From positions 2,281 to 66,280 of the forward strand of contig JAZSOO010000003.1 of the NCBI GenBank assembly GCA_045536935.1: a DNA stretch of 64,000 nt. The letters run 5' to 3'. Under the pieces are notes generated by a model. That model was not told where the DNA came from. It saw only the letters and a list, made by a program, of their open reading frames with translations, and did no database searches. Origin of the DNA: Eubacteriales bacterium (GTDB lineage Bacteria > Bacillota > Clostridia > Oscillospirales > CAG-382). This document shows, in pieces, positions 7,919-17,845 of this stretch; position 1 is the first letter of the stretch, and each line of letters begins with the position of its first letter. A program made the translations under genes and the position numbers.

Positions 7919-9664
7919 ATGTTAAAGAAACTTTCTCAAAATATTAAGGGGTATTATAAAGCATCGATACTCTCGCCGATACTGATCATGGGCGAGGTAT
8001 TGATGGAAGTTATAATCCCGACGCTTCTCGCATTGTTGATAGATAACGGAATCGACGGCAACAACGGCGAGGGTGATTTAAGGTATATTTTCTATATCGG
8101 TATCGCTATCGCCGTTTGTTGCGTTATATCGCTCCTTTTCGGTGCGGCGGCAGGCAGATATGCGGCTATTGCGGCAACGGGCTTTGCGAAGAATCTCAGA
8201 AAAAGCCTTTTTACCCGTATTTCGCATTTTTCCTTCAAGAATATCGATAAATTTTCGTCGTCAAGCCTTGTTACAAGAATGACTACCGACGTAAACCGCC
8301 TTCAGGAAGCCTTCCATATGATAATCCGTGTTGCGGTGCGAAGCCCCTCCATGCTGATATTCTCGCTCGTTATGGCGTTCAGAATGAACCCGAAGCTTTC
8401 TTTGATATTCCTCGGTGCCGTTCCGGTCCTCGTTACGGGTCTGACGCTCATTATGACGAAGGTCCACCCGATATTTATGAGTATGTTCAAGAAGTACGAC
8501 CGTCTTAACCGTGTCGTACAGGAAAATCTTCGTGGTATAAGAGTTGTTAAGGCTTTCGTGCGTGAGGACGAGGAAATTAAGAAGTTCAACAGTGTTTCCG
8601 ACCAAATTGCAACCGATTCCGTACGTGCGGAAAAAACACTTGCATTTAATATGCCGTTGATGCAGATGACGATATACGTTTCCATACTGTTGCTCTGCTG
8701 GTTCGGCGCAAGGATAATAATTCTTTCGGGGGGAAGCGAAATGTCCCCCGGCGACCTTACTGCGATGCTTAATTACACAATGCAGATATTGTCAAGCCTT
8801 ATGATGCTTTCGATGATATTCGTCACCATCGTAATGTCACGTGCGTCTGCCGAACGTGTTTGCGAGGTTCTTGATGAAGAAAGCACTATCAGAAATCCCG
8901 AAGATCCTATTACCGAAGTCAAAGACGGCAGTATTGAATTTAAAGACGTTAATTTCGGTTATCACGAGGGCAAGATCTGTCTTAAGAACGCAAACTTTTC
9001 GATAAGATCGGGCGAAACGATAGGTATTATCGGCGGAACGGGCAGTTCAAAATCAACGCTCGTTCAGTTGATCCCCCGTCTTTACGACGTCGTTGACGGC
9101 TCGGTCTCGGTCGGCGGAAGAGACGTTCGTGATTATGATATACATACTTTGCGTGATTCCGTGGCTATGGTGCTTCAGAAAAACGTTCTTTTCTCGGGCA
9201 CGATAAAGGAAAATCTCCGTTGGGGCAACGAAAACGCTACCGACGAGGAGATCAAAGAGGCTTGTATTGCTTCCTGCGCCGACGAATTTGTATCAAGCTT
9301 CCCTGACGGTTACGATACTTATATCGAGCAGGGCGGTACGAACGTTTCGGGCGGTCAGAAGCAAAGACTTTGTATCGCACGTGCGCTTTTGAAGAAGCCG
9401 AAGATACTTATTCTCGACGATTCCACCTCGGCTGTCGATACAAAGACCGATGCAATGCTCCGTGAGACCTTATCAAACCGTATTTCCGAAACGACAAAGA
9501 TAATTATTGCACAGAGAATTTCTTCCGTGCGTGATTGCGACAGAATAATCGTTCTCGATAACGGAGAAATTAACGGTATCGGTACTCATACAGAGCTTTT
9601 GGAAACAAATACGATATACAGAGAAGTTTATGATTCTCAGATGAAGGGGGACGACGAACAATGA
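7919..9664 (+). CDS. ABC exporter, fused permease/ATPase (heterodimer subunit 1)
   Basis: 581 aa. Six-TM N-terminal half, Walker A GGTGSSKST, signature VSGGQKQR, Walker B ILILDD. AGGAG RBS. Confidence 0.9.
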   Translation: MLKKLSQNIKGYYKASILSPILIMGEVLMEVIIPTLLALLIDNGIDGNNGEGDLRYIFYIGIAIAVCCVISLLFGAAAGRYAAIAATGFAKNLRKSLFTRISHFSFKNIDKFSSSSLVTRMTTDVNRLQEAFHMIIRVAVRSPSMLIFSLVMAFRMNPKLSLIFLGAVPVLVTGLTLIMTKVHPIFMSMFKKYDRLNRVVQENLRGIRVVKAFVREDEEIKKFNSVSDQIATDSVRAEKTLAFNMPLMQMTIYVSILLLCWFGARIIILSGGSEMSPGDLTAMLNYTMQILSSLMMLSMIFVTIVMSRASAERVCEVLDEESTIRNPEDPITEVKDGSIEFKDVNFGYHEGKICLKNANFSIRSGETIGIIGGTGSSKSTLVQLIPRLYDVVDGSVSVGGRDVRDYDIHTLRDSVAMVLQKNVLFSGTIKENLRWGNENATDEEIKEACIASCADEFVSSFPDGYDTYIEQGGTNVSGGQKQRLCIARALLKKPKILILDDSTSAVDTKTDAMLRETLSNRISETTKIIIAQRISSVRDCDRIIVLDNGEINGIGTHTELLETNTIYREVYDSQMKGDDEQ

Positions 9665-11571
9665 GCGAACCTAAAAGACAAGAACCCCTTCGCCCGATGA
9701 AAGGCGTGCGCCTTCCGGGACAAAAAGCGGATATGAAAACCGTAAAGCGTGTCCTTTCATATCTTTTCGAATATAAATGGCACCTTGCTTTCGTGTTTAT
9801 CGGTATTATGATAAGCTCGCTTGCAGGAGTTTACGGTTCTAAATTCCTCGAGACCCTTGTTGACGATTATATCAAGCCTCTTATGCTTGACAATGATCCG
9901 AACTTTGACGGACTTTTGAGGGAAATTATAACCGTCGGCATCGTTTATGCGCTTGGCGCAGCCTGCGCTTATCTCTATAACAGAATTATGGTTACGGTGT
10001 CGCAATCGGTTCTCAAAAACCTTCGTGACACAATGTTTGCGAAGATGCAAACGCTCCCCGTTAAGTATTTCGATACCCATTCCTTCGGCGATACGATGAG
10101 CCGATACACCAACGATACCGACACTCTCCGTATGATGATATCGCAGAGCATACCCTCGGTTGCGTCCTCGCTTTTCACGGTCATTGCGGTATTCGTTGCG
10201 ATGCTTATGACGAACGTATATTTAACGGCGTTTGTTGTCTTGACTGCGCTCGCAACGATGTTTGTCGTTAAGAAGATAGGCGGTAAGAGCGGACATTATT
10301 TCGTTCGTCAGCAAAGGTCGGTCGGTGCGATAAACGGATTTATTGAAGAAATGGTCAACGGGCAGAAGGTCGTTCAGGTATTCTGCCGTGAAGAAAAGAC
10401 CAAAGAGGAATTTGATTCTCTTAACAACGAGCTTTGCGAAAACGCAAAAAGCGCAAACATATTTGCAAATATCTTAGGACCCGTTACCAACAACCTCGGA
10501 CATTTGCAGTATATCCTCATAGCGATGCTCGGCGGCATACTTGCAATAACCACCGATTCGCTCACAGCGGGCGGTGTTATCGCCTTCTTACAGCTTTCAA
10601 GAAGCTTTACAAACCCCATAAACCAGGTTTCCCAGCAGATGAACGCTGTTGTTATGGCGCTTGCGGGCGCAAAACGTATCTTCGAGCTTATGGACGAGAT
10701 CCCCGAAGAAGACGAAGGATACGTTACCCTCGTCAACGCAAAATATATTGACGGCGAATTGACCGAGACCGATGAAAGAACAGGGATATGGGCTTGGAAG
10801 CATCCGCACGGCGACGGAACCTTGACTTATACCAAGCTTTGCGGTGACGTGCGTATGTTTGAGGTCGATTTTGGGTATACTCCCGAAAAAACGGTACTCC
10901 ACGACGTAACTCTTTATGCCGAGCCCGGCCAGAAGGTTGCCTTTGTCGGTGCAACGGGCGCAGGTAAAACGACGATAACGAACCTTATAAACCGTTTCTA
11001 CGATATCGCCGACGGCAAGATCCGCTATGACGGCATAAACATCAATAAGATCAAGAAGTCCGACCTTCGCAAATCGCTCGGTATGGTTTTGCAGGACACC
11101 CATCTATTTACGGGTACGGTTATGGAAAATATCCGTTACGGCAGACTTGATGCGACCGACGAGGAATGTATTGCGGCGGCAAAGCTTGCCAATGCCGATG
11201 CGTTCATAAAGCTTCTCCCCGAAGGCTATGATACTCTTCTTTCGGGCGACGGAAGCGGACTTTCGCAAGGTCAGCGGCAGCTTCTTGCAATAGCACGTGC
11301 CGCCGTTGCAGACCCGCCCGTTATGATTCTTGACGAGGCGACCTCGAGCATAGATACCCGTACCGAATCGATAGTGCAAAAGGGTATGGACAGTCTTATG
11401 CAGGGCAGAACGGTCTTCGTTATCGCTCACAGACTCTCCACGGTACGCAATTCCGACGTTATAATGGTTTTGTCGGACGGAAGGATCATCGAACGTGGAA
11501 ACCACGAAAAGCTTATTGAAGAAAAAGGTCAATATTACCGTTTGTATACGGGTGCTTTTGAATTAGAATAA
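9661..11571 (+). CDS. ABC exporter, fused permease/ATPase (heterodimer subunit 2)
   Basis: 636 aa. Walker A GATGAGKTT, signature LSQGQRQ, Walker B MILDEATS. Start overlaps the upstream stop (ATGA). Confidence 0.9.
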   Translation: MSEPKRQEPLRPMKGVRLPGQKADMKTVKRVLSYLFEYKWHLAFVFIGIMISSLAGVYGSKFLETLVDDYIKPLMLDNDPNFDGLLREIITVGIVYALGAACAYLYNRIMVTVSQSVLKNLRDTMFAKMQTLPVKYFDTHSFGDTMSRYTNDTDTLRMMISQSIPSVASSLFTVIAVFVAMLMTNVYLTAFVVLTALATMFVVKKIGGKSGHYFVRQQRSVGAINGFIEEMVNGQKVVQVFCREEKTKEEFDSLNNELCENAKSANIFANILGPVTNNLGHLQYILIAMLGGILAITTDSLTAGGVIAFLQLSRSFTNPINQVSQQMNAVVMALAGAKRIFELMDEIPEEDEGYVTLVNAKYIDGELTETDERTGIWAWKHPHGDGTLTYTKLCGDVRMFEVDFGYTPEKTVLHDVTLYAEPGQKVAFVGATGAGKTTITNLINRFYDIADGKIRYDGININKIKKSDLRKSLGMVLQDTHLFTGTVMENIRYGRLDATDEECIAAAKLANADAFIKLLPEGYDTLLSGDGSGLSQGQRQLLAIARAAVADPPVMILDEATSSIDTRTESIVQKGMDSLMQGRTVFVIAHRLSTVRNSDVIMVLSDGRIIERGNHEKLIEEKGQYYRLYTGAFELE

Positions 11572-11587
11572 AGGAAGGTTTTTAAAA

Positions 11588-12400
11588 ATGAGTGAATGCA
11601 CACACGATTGCTCGACCTGCAGCCAGAATTGCGCAAGCAGGGATCAGGCACAAAAAAGTATGATAGAACCTCTCAGAGAGGGAAGCAAGATCGGAAAGGT
11701 TATTGCCGTTGTCAGCGGCAAGGGCGGTGTAGGTAAATCGCTTGTAACCTCGCTTTTGGCTATTGATGTCCAGAGAAGCGGTAAGAAGGTTGCGATTCTC
11801 GACGCAGACATCACAGGTCCTTCCATACCGAAGATCTTCGGTGTGAACGGCGGTGTTTACAGTGATGGAGAAGCTATGACTCCTCCCCAAAGCAAGACGG
11901 GTATTAAGGTTATGTCCTTAAACCTTCTTCTCCCTAACGAATCCGACCCCGTTGCCTGGAGAGGTCCCGTTATCGCAGGCTGTGTTAAACAGTTCTGGAC
12001 GGACGTAAACTGGGGTGAAAACGACGTTATGTTCATCGATATGCCTCCCGGAACGGGCGACGTACCGTTGACCGTGTTCCAGTCTATTCCCGTTGACGGT
12101 ATGGTTATCGTTACCAGCCCTCAGGACCTTGTTTCTATGATCGTCGGTAAGGCGGTTCGCTTGGCAGAGCTTATGAACGTTCCGATACTTGGTATCGTTG
12201 AAAACTTTTCTTCGTTCAAATGTCCCGATTGCGGTAAGGAGCACCTCATCTACGGCGAAAGCAAGGTTGATTCTGTCGCAACCGAAAAAGGAATCAACAA
12301 GGTCGCAAAGCTTCCTATCGACCCGACTCTCGCACACCTCTGCGACAAGGGAGAGCTTGAAAACTATGAGGGTTCGCTTTTGAAGGATTTTATAGATTAA
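11588..12400 (+). CDS. Mrp/NBP35-family Fe-S cluster carrier ATPase
   Basis: 270 aa. Deviant Walker A SGKGGVGKS and a CPDCG motif. N-terminal Cys cluster CTHDCSTCSQNC. Confidence 0.88.
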   Translation: MSECTHDCSTCSQNCASRDQAQKSMIEPLREGSKIGKVIAVVSGKGGVGKSLVTSLLAIDVQRSGKKVAILDADITGPSIPKIFGVNGGVYSDGEAMTPPQSKTGIKVMSLNLLLPNESDPVAWRGPVIAGCVKQFWTDVNWGENDVMFIDMPPGTGDVPLTVFQSIPVDGMVIVTSPQDLVSMIVGKAVRLAELMNVPILGIVENFSSFKCPDCGKEHLIYGESKVDSVATEKGINKVAKLPIDPTLAHLCDKGELENYEGSLLKDFID

Positions 12401-12466
12401 GAATTTGTGATTATTTAGGGGACTTTTTGAAAAAAGTCCCCTAAAACCCCAAAAAACTTTTAATAT

Positions 12467-12493
12467 AAAACGGCATCATTTGATGCCGTTTTT
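12467..12493 (+). terminator. Rho-independent terminator
   Basis: AAAACGGCATCA-tt-TGATGCCGTTTTT. Confidence 0.75.
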
Positions 12494-12550
12494 ACCTTTT
12501 ATATTCAATGTAGAACGACGCAAGAAAAGTGCGTAGCAGAATGACGCAGA

Positions 12551-12608
12551 ATGGACGAACAGAACCCGAAGCTGTAGTAACCTACTGCGAGCGGTTCTGT
12601 TCGTTCAT
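12551..12608. repeat. Long imperfect inverted repeat (16-bp arms, 26-nt structured loop)
   Basis: The arms atggacgaacagaacc and ggttctgttcgttcat have one G-T mismatch between them. The loop contains a gtag..ctac mini-stem. Confidence 0.6.
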
Positions 12609-12628
12609 AGCACAAAAAATACAACAAT

Positions 12629-12658
12629 AAAACGGACTCAATTGAGTCCGTTTTATTT
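12629..12658. terminator. Bidirectional terminator hairpin
   Basis: AAAACGGACTC-aat-TGAGTCCGTTTT, with an A-run on one side and a T-run on the other. It lies between convergent genes. Confidence 0.7.
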
Positions 12659-12728
12659 ACCTTATAATCAAAGATATTAATTATAAAAATTCTTTTTGTG
12701 CGTTCTGCGTTATTGTGCTTAGCACATA

Positions 12729-14105
12729 TTAACCGATTTTGGGAAGAGATGCAGCAGCAACAGACTGACCGACACGACGGGATTTTTCGTCGGGAATGTG
12801 GAGCTGGATCTTCTTTGCGAGCTCGGGGAATTCAACGTCAAGAACTTCCTGTGCTCTTTCAAGAAGGAGTGCGCCGCCGTCGCCGGAGGTTACACGGCCC
12901 ATGATAAGAACGTGCTTGATGTCGTAGAATTCGGAATAGAATGCGATAGCGTAGCCGAAGTATGCACCGATGGTGTCATAGATCGCAGCAGCACGGGGAT
13001 CGCCTTCCTTCATAAGACCCTGAACGACCTTAAGCTTTTCTGCGGGAGAGAGGTTTTCGTCAAGCTCGATACCTGCATAAGGAGCAAGCTTAATTACGCC
13101 GTCCTGCGAGAAATACTTAACGCCGCAGCCATAGTCGCCCGACCATTCGTCAACCATAGCGTCCTTGCAGTAGTCAACGGGAGCGAATGCAAGCTCGTTA
13201 AGCCAGCCGGTGATGTTACCGTTGGGGTCAACGTAACCAACTGCTTCGGAAGTACCCATAGCAACACCGAGAACGGAGTTGTCGTTAAGGTTCATAGCGC
13301 CTGCGAGAGCGGTAACGTCGCCGTCGTTTGCAACTTCGATCGGAATATCTTCGCCGATCTCCTTACAAACGTTGATGTACATATCTTTAACCTTTTTATC
13401 AAAGTCTTCGTCGCTAACCTTAAGGAAGAGAGAAGCAACCATGATACGGTTGTCAACGTAAACACCTGCAGAAGAAATACCGATAGCGTCAACACGGGGC
13501 ATTTTGGAAGCAGCAGTCTTCATAGCGTCGAGAATGCCTTGATAGTGATAATCGGGGTCTGCGGTAACCTTGGGGAACCAAACAACTTCTTCGGAATATA
13601 CGCTTTCGCCGTCGATAACAGCAGAAACCTTTCTGTCGCTTCCGCCTGCGTCAAAGCCGATACGGCAGCCGTCAAGATGTCTGCCTACGGGAGCTGCGCC
13701 GGAAACTTCGACGGGAGCGTTTTCGAGAGAACGAACTTCTACTTCAAATTTGGTTTCGTATACACGTTCCATAAAGTGAACGTCGAAATCACGAAGACCG
13801 CCGTCGGTATAAGCTTCTTTGATCTTGTTACCGATAACTTCGCTGCCTGCGATAATGATCTTGAAACCGCCTGCAACCCAAAGGAGAGCCTTTGCCATTC
13901 TTTCGATGAAGTTGAAGTTTTCTTCATCGTGGCCGGTACCGTCACGGAAAACTCTTGTTTTGTAAACGGTGGTGTAGCCTTTGTTTCTTTCAACGCCGAT
14001 GACGATGTCCTGACCGTCGTCTTTGGTTGCTTCACGCATCTCACGGCAAACGAGAGAAAGCGGGGTGAATTGGGGGTCGAGCTTAGCGTTAACTTTAAGC
14101 TTCAT
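12729..14105 (-). CDS. ASKHA/ROK-like sugar kinase with ~150-aa N-terminal extension (putative GlcNAc kinase)
   Basis: 458 aa. GFDAGGSDRKV (phosphate-1), ANDGDVTALAGA and GVAMGTSEAVGY motifs. The ROK zinc motif CxCGxxGC is not seen. The gene overlaps nagA by 11 nt. GGAGGA RBS. Confidence 0.65.
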   Translation of the reverse strand: MKLKVNAKLDPQFTPLSLVCREMREATKDDGQDIVIGVERNKGYTTVYKTRVFRDGTGHDEENFNFIERMAKALLWVAGGFKIIIAGSEVIGNKIKEAYTDGGLRDFDVHFMERVYETKFEVEVRSLENAPVEVSGAAPVGRHLDGCRIGFDAGGSDRKVSAVIDGESVYSEEVVWFPKVTADPDYHYQGILDAMKTAASKMPRVDAIGISSAGVYVDNRIMVASLFLKVSDEDFDKKVKDMYINVCKEIGEDIPIEVANDGDVTALAGAMNLNDNSVLGVAMGTSEAVGYVDPNGNITGWLNELAFAPVDYCKDAMVDEWSGDYGCGVKYFSQDGVIKLAPYAGIELDENLSPAEKLKVVQGLMKEGDPRAAAIYDTIGAYFGYAIAFYSEFYDIKHVLIMGRVTSGDGGALLLERAQEVLDVEFPELAKKIQLHIPDEKSRRVGQSVAAASLPKIG

Positions 14106-15237
14106 ACTTTGTGTTTCCTCCGATTATAGTTTTTTGTACATTGAATTCATTGTCGGTGATAATAATGTCTGCGTCCTTGCCGACTTCGATAGAGCCCTTG
14201 GTCTTGTCGATGCCGAGCGTGGTTGCAGGGTTGAGAGATGCGCCGTTTACACATTCCCAGAGAGGAATCGTAGAATTGGTATAAACGTTCCAAACACCCT
14301 TGTTAAGATGAAGAACGCTGCCTGCAACGGTACCGTCTTCAAGACGGCAAACGATGCCTCTGTAAATGATCTTGTTACCGCCGAGAGTATATTCTCCTTC
14401 GGGAAGACCGCCTGCAGGGAGACAGTCGGTAATGAAGCAGAGTTTTCTGCCCTTTATCTTAAAGAGCATATCGTAAAGAGCCGTATTGACGTGGAAGGTG
14501 TCAACGATAAGCTCACAGCTTACGTCGGAATTAAGAGCCGCAGTAACAACACCGGGAGCACGGTGAGCAAGAGGAGTCATCGCATTGAAAAGGTGGGTTG
14601 CGTGGCGGACACCGATCTCGGTACTCTTCATTGCGGTTTCATAATCTGCGCTGGTGTGACCCATAGACATTATAACGTCGGTATCACGGCGGATCTCACG
14701 GAGTGCTTCGAAATCTTCGGTATCGGTTTCGGGAGCGAGCGAGATGATCCTTATAATATCAGCATATTCTTTAACGAATTTTGCATCGGGCTTGAGGATA
14801 TATTTCGGGTCCTGCGCACCTTTCTTGGATTCGCTTATGAAAGGACCTTCAGCGTGGCAACCGAGAATTGCACTTCCGTCCCAAGTCTTGCTTTCTTCCT
14901 TGAGAGCACGGCAAACTTCAAGAGCCTTTTTGATGACCTTCATATCGACCGTCATGGTCGTGGGAAGGTAACCGGTTACGCCGTTAGCAAGAAGACCCTT
15001 GGAAATGGTGCGAATGCTTTCTTCTTCGCCGTCGCAAACGTCTTTTCCGAGATAACCGTGAATATGTAGATCGATAAGACCGGGAGCAACGTAGCCGCCC
15101 TTCGCATCGATGATTTCAACGCCTTCGGGAAGTTTGTCTGCGGGGAGGATTCCTTCGATCACATCGGAATAAAGCAAAGCGCTTCCTTCAACGATGCGGT
15201 CTTTTAAAATGATTTTACCGTTAATGATAGCTTTCAT
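14095..15237 (-). CDS. nagA: N-acetylglucosamine-6-phosphate deacetylase
   Basis: GLIDLHIHG metal-binding motif and overall amidohydrolase pattern. I prefer the internal ATG at 15237, which has AGGAG 9 nt upstream, over the track start at 15255. Confidence 0.9.
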   Translation of the reverse strand: MKAIINGKIILKDRIVEGSALLYSDVIEGILPADKLPEGVEIIDAKGGYVAPGLIDLHIHGYLGKDVCDGEEESIRTISKGLLANGVTGYLPTTMTVDMKVIKKALEVCRALKEESKTWDGSAILGCHAEGPFISESKKGAQDPKYILKPDAKFVKEYADIIRIISLAPETDTEDFEALREIRRDTDVIMSMGHTSADYETAMKSTEIGVRHATHLFNAMTPLAHRAPGVVTAALNSDVSCELIVDTFHVNTALYDMLFKIKGRKLCFITDCLPAGGLPEGEYTLGGNKIIYRGIVCRLEDGTVAGSVLHLNKGVWNVYTNSTIPLWECVNGASLNPATTLGIDKTKGSIEVGKDADIIITDNEFNVQKTIIGGNTKYEA

Positions 15238-15344
15238 TTCAATATTCTCCTGCATTGTTATAGGGTATTTGCATTATTATGCATTTTCTTCCTTAATTAT
15301 AACAAAGCCCCAATAAAATTGCAATAGGTTTTGTCCCTTTCGTT

Positions 15345-15382
15345 AATAAAAAATGAACCCGAAAAATGAATTTCGGGTTCAT
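15345..15382 (-). terminator. Rho-independent terminator of the DUF1836 gene
   Basis: ATGAACCCGAAA..TTTCGGGTTCAT hairpin, followed by a T-run on the minus strand. Confidence 0.7.
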
Positions 15383-15387
15383 ATTAT

Positions 15388-15927
15388 TCAATTCTTCAAT
15401 AATCTTTCGGCAACGGCACTTAAACGGCGGCGCTGTTCGATAAATTTATCAAAAACAAGGGTCTTTGCAACCACCGACGCAAGCGAACGCATTGCACCGA
15501 CCTTGTTCGACCCTGCTTCCGAAATAGTGCGGACGGGGAACTTTTCGGGTTTTACCGTACTTTTGATCTCGTATTCCACTTCGTCGCAGAAGATGTTATA
15601 TCCTTCTTCGATCTCGAAAAAACGTGACATAAGCATTATTGCTTCCGAGATATACGAGAGGGGAAGCATACGCTTGGAAACGCATATCACGACAAGCTTC
15701 GCAAGGTGTTCTCTGTTATACTTTTTCTTAACGGGCGCAGGGATAACGCCGTTTTTGACGTAATTATTTATCATTGCCTGCGTGATGATAGGTTCGTCAC
15801 CCTTGTTGAATACGGAAAGGCTTTCGGATATGAAGGAGATGACCTGGTCGATATAAAGCTCGAACACGGGAAATTCTTCATAACGGGGCAGGCGGAAATT
15901 TATAAGCTCTTCGGTTTTTGGAATCAT
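15388..15927 (-). CDS. DUF1836 domain protein
   Basis: 179 aa. The LYIDQVISFI...ITQAMINNYVK.GVIPAPVKKKY pattern is typical of DUF1836. Confidence 0.75.
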   Translation of the reverse strand: MIPKTEELINFRLPRYEEFPVFELYIDQVISFISESLSVFNKGDEPIITQAMINNYVKNGVIPAPVKKKYNREHLAKLVVICVSKRMLPLSYISEAIMLMSRFFEIEEGYNIFCDEVEYEIKSTVKPEKFPVRTISEAGSNKVGAMRSLASVVAKTLVFDKFIEQRRRLSAVAERLLKN

Positions 15928-16062
15928 TTTTGTCCTCTTAATAGGTTTTTTATTGATAATACATCATCAAATATATCATTAAAAAGCATCAAAGTCAATC
16001 ATTTAGTATAGAAAATCGCAAGAATCGGGCGTGTTTTTGGTTAAAATAATTCGCAACACCTC

Positions 16063-16091
16063 TTGACATAGTTTTGAAAACTATGTATAAT
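16063..16091 (+). promoter_or_regulatory. Consensus sigma-A promoter with an operator-like palindrome in the spacer (acyl-CoA ligase operon)
   Basis: TTGACA (16063-16068), 17 nt, TATAAT (16086-16091). The spacer carries the perfect inverted repeat CATAGTTTT-g-AAAACTATG (16067-16085). Confidence 0.65.
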
Positions 16092-16123
16092 GTCTTCATA
16101 AACTAAAAGGAGATTTTTGCAAT

Positions 16124-17845
16124 ATGGCAAAGAACAGCCTCGCAAGAACCACACGTCCCCTTACAAAACCCGAAAGTATAAAGCATCTTATCAATATCGC
16201 CGTTGCCGAAGCAGGCGGCAAGGCTGCTTTTAAGTACCGTTCGGGAAACGAAATTGTTGAAGTTACCTATAAGCAGTGTCAGGAGCATACCTTCTGGCTT
16301 GGCACTGCAATCAAATCGCTTGGTATGGAAAGCGCCCATATCGGCTGCTGCGGTGAAAACAGCTATGATTGGATAATGACCTATCTTTCTGCATTGCAGA
16401 CCGAAGGTGTCTTCTGCCCTATCGATAAAGAGCTTCCCGAAAGCGACCTTATCAACGTCATCGACGGCGGTGACGATGAGATAGTCTTCTGCGACAAAAA
16501 GCGTGAAGGCATCTTTAAGAATATCCGTGAACATCTTCCCAAGGTTAAATATTTCGTCTGCTTCGACAGAGAAGAAGACGAAGGCGAATTCCTTTCCTTT
16601 AAGAAATTGGTTCAGAAGGGTAAGGAAATATTCGAATCGGGCGACAGAAGCTTTTTGGACCTCGAGACCAAGGACAGACACGCATTAAAAATGCTTCTCT
16701 ATACCTCGGGCACGACGGGTATTGCAAAGGGTGTTATGCTTACCGAGCACAATCTTTGCAGTCTTATCTATTACGGACTCCGCCTTTCAAGCTTCCGTGA
16801 CGTTTCGCTTTCTATCCTTCCTTATCACCATTCCTTCGAAGCAGTTGCAGGTATACTTGCTTCAATACATCATCAATCCACGCTTTGCGTTAACGACAGC
16901 CTAAAGCGTGTTCTTAAGAATATGGCGGTGTTCAAGCCGGGCCACATGCTCGTCGTTCCTGCGATCGTCGAGATCATGTACCGTAAGATCATTGCGAACA
17001 TCGAGGAAAAGGGCAAGACCAAGCTTATTAAGGTTGCAATTAAGCTAAGCCGTTTCCTGCGTGCTATCGGCATTGATGCAAGAAGAAAGCTCTTCAAAGA
17101 AATTCACGATGCATTCGGCGGAAATCTTGAAAAGCTTATCTGCGGTTCCGCACCGCTCCGTCCCGAAGTTGCCGATTTCTTCGACGATATCGGTATCCTC
17201 TTGACGAACGGCTACGGCATTACCGAATGTTCGCCCCTTGTTTCGGGTAATACCGATTACGAAAACGACCCCAGAACCGTCGGCGGTTGGATAGAATGTA
17301 TCGACCTTCGTATCGATAACCCCAACGAAGACGGCGAAGGCGAAATTTGCGTTAAGGGCGATACCGTAATGCTCGGTTATTACAAAAACCCCGAAGCAAC
17401 TGCCGAAGTCTTTGATGAAGACGGATATTTCCACACCGGCGACTACGGCAAGGTCAACGAAAAGAAACAGCTTCTTATAACGGGCAGAAAGAAGAATATA
17501 ATCATTCTCGGCAACGGTAAGAATATCTATCCCGAAGAGCTTGAAAACTACATCGGAAACATTCCCTATGCGCTCGAAAGCGTTGTTTATGCGCTCCGTG
17601 ATGAGATCGGACACGAATCCGAGCTTTGCGCAGAATGTATCGTAGACCCGAAATTTATGGAAGGCTCCAGCATTGAAGAAAAGGTTACAAAGCTTAAGAA
17701 CGATATCTTCAAGGCGCTTGAAAAGCTTCCTACGTATAAACAGATAAAAAACGTAAAGATACGTGAAATTCCCTTTATAAAAACTACAACAAACAAGATA
17801 CGCCGTGCAAAAGACGGCTCACCGCTTAATGAGGAGGAAAAATAA
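16124..17845 (+). CDS. AMP-dependent acyl-CoA synthetase (long-chain fatty acid-CoA ligase-like), paralog 1
   Basis: 573 aa. YTSGTTGIAKGV, GYGITE, GDYG and GRKKNIIILGNGKNIYPEELE motifs. Confidence 0.88.
   Translation: MAKNSLARTTRPLTKPESIKHLINIAVAEAGGKAAFKYRSGNEIVEVTYKQCQEHTFWLGTAIKSLGMESAHIGCCGENSYDWIMTYLSALQTEGVFCPIDKELPESDLINVIDGGDDEIVFCDKKREGIFKNIREHLPKVKYFVCFDREEDEGEFLSFKKLVQKGKEIFESGDRSFLDLETKDRHALKMLLYTSGTTGIAKGVMLTEHNLCSLIYYGLRLSSFRDVSLSILPYHHSFEAVAGILASIHHQSTLCVNDSLKRVLKNMAVFKPGHMLVVPAIVEIMYRKIIANIEEKGKTKLIKVAIKLSRFLRAIGIDARRKLFKEIHDAFGGNLEKLICGSAPLRPEVADFFDDIGILLTNGYGITECSPLVSGNTDYENDPRTVGGWIECIDLRIDNPNEDGEGEICVKGDTVMLGYYKNPEATAEVFDEDGYFHTGDYGKVNEKKQLLITGRKKNIIILGNGKNIYPEELENYIGNIPYALESVVYALRDEIGHESELCAECIVDPKFMEGSSIEEKVTKLKNDIFKALEKLPTYKQIKNVKIREIPFIKTTTNKIRRAKDGSPLNEEEK

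Noticed and set aside
12798-14129. Long antisense ORFs opposite well-supported genes. Examples are 12798-14129 (+), 17587-19407 (-), 25041-26645 (+), 30524-32392 (-), 41918-43060 (-), 44881-46872 (-), 14023-15069 (+), 49684-50658 (+) and 58261-59031 (+).
   Set aside because: Each lies entirely within a gene that has clear family motifs on the other strand. Their translations are low-complexity (rich in V/F/C/N/R) with no recognisable domains or RBS. They look like a by-product of the strong codon bias, which depletes stop codons on the antisense frame.
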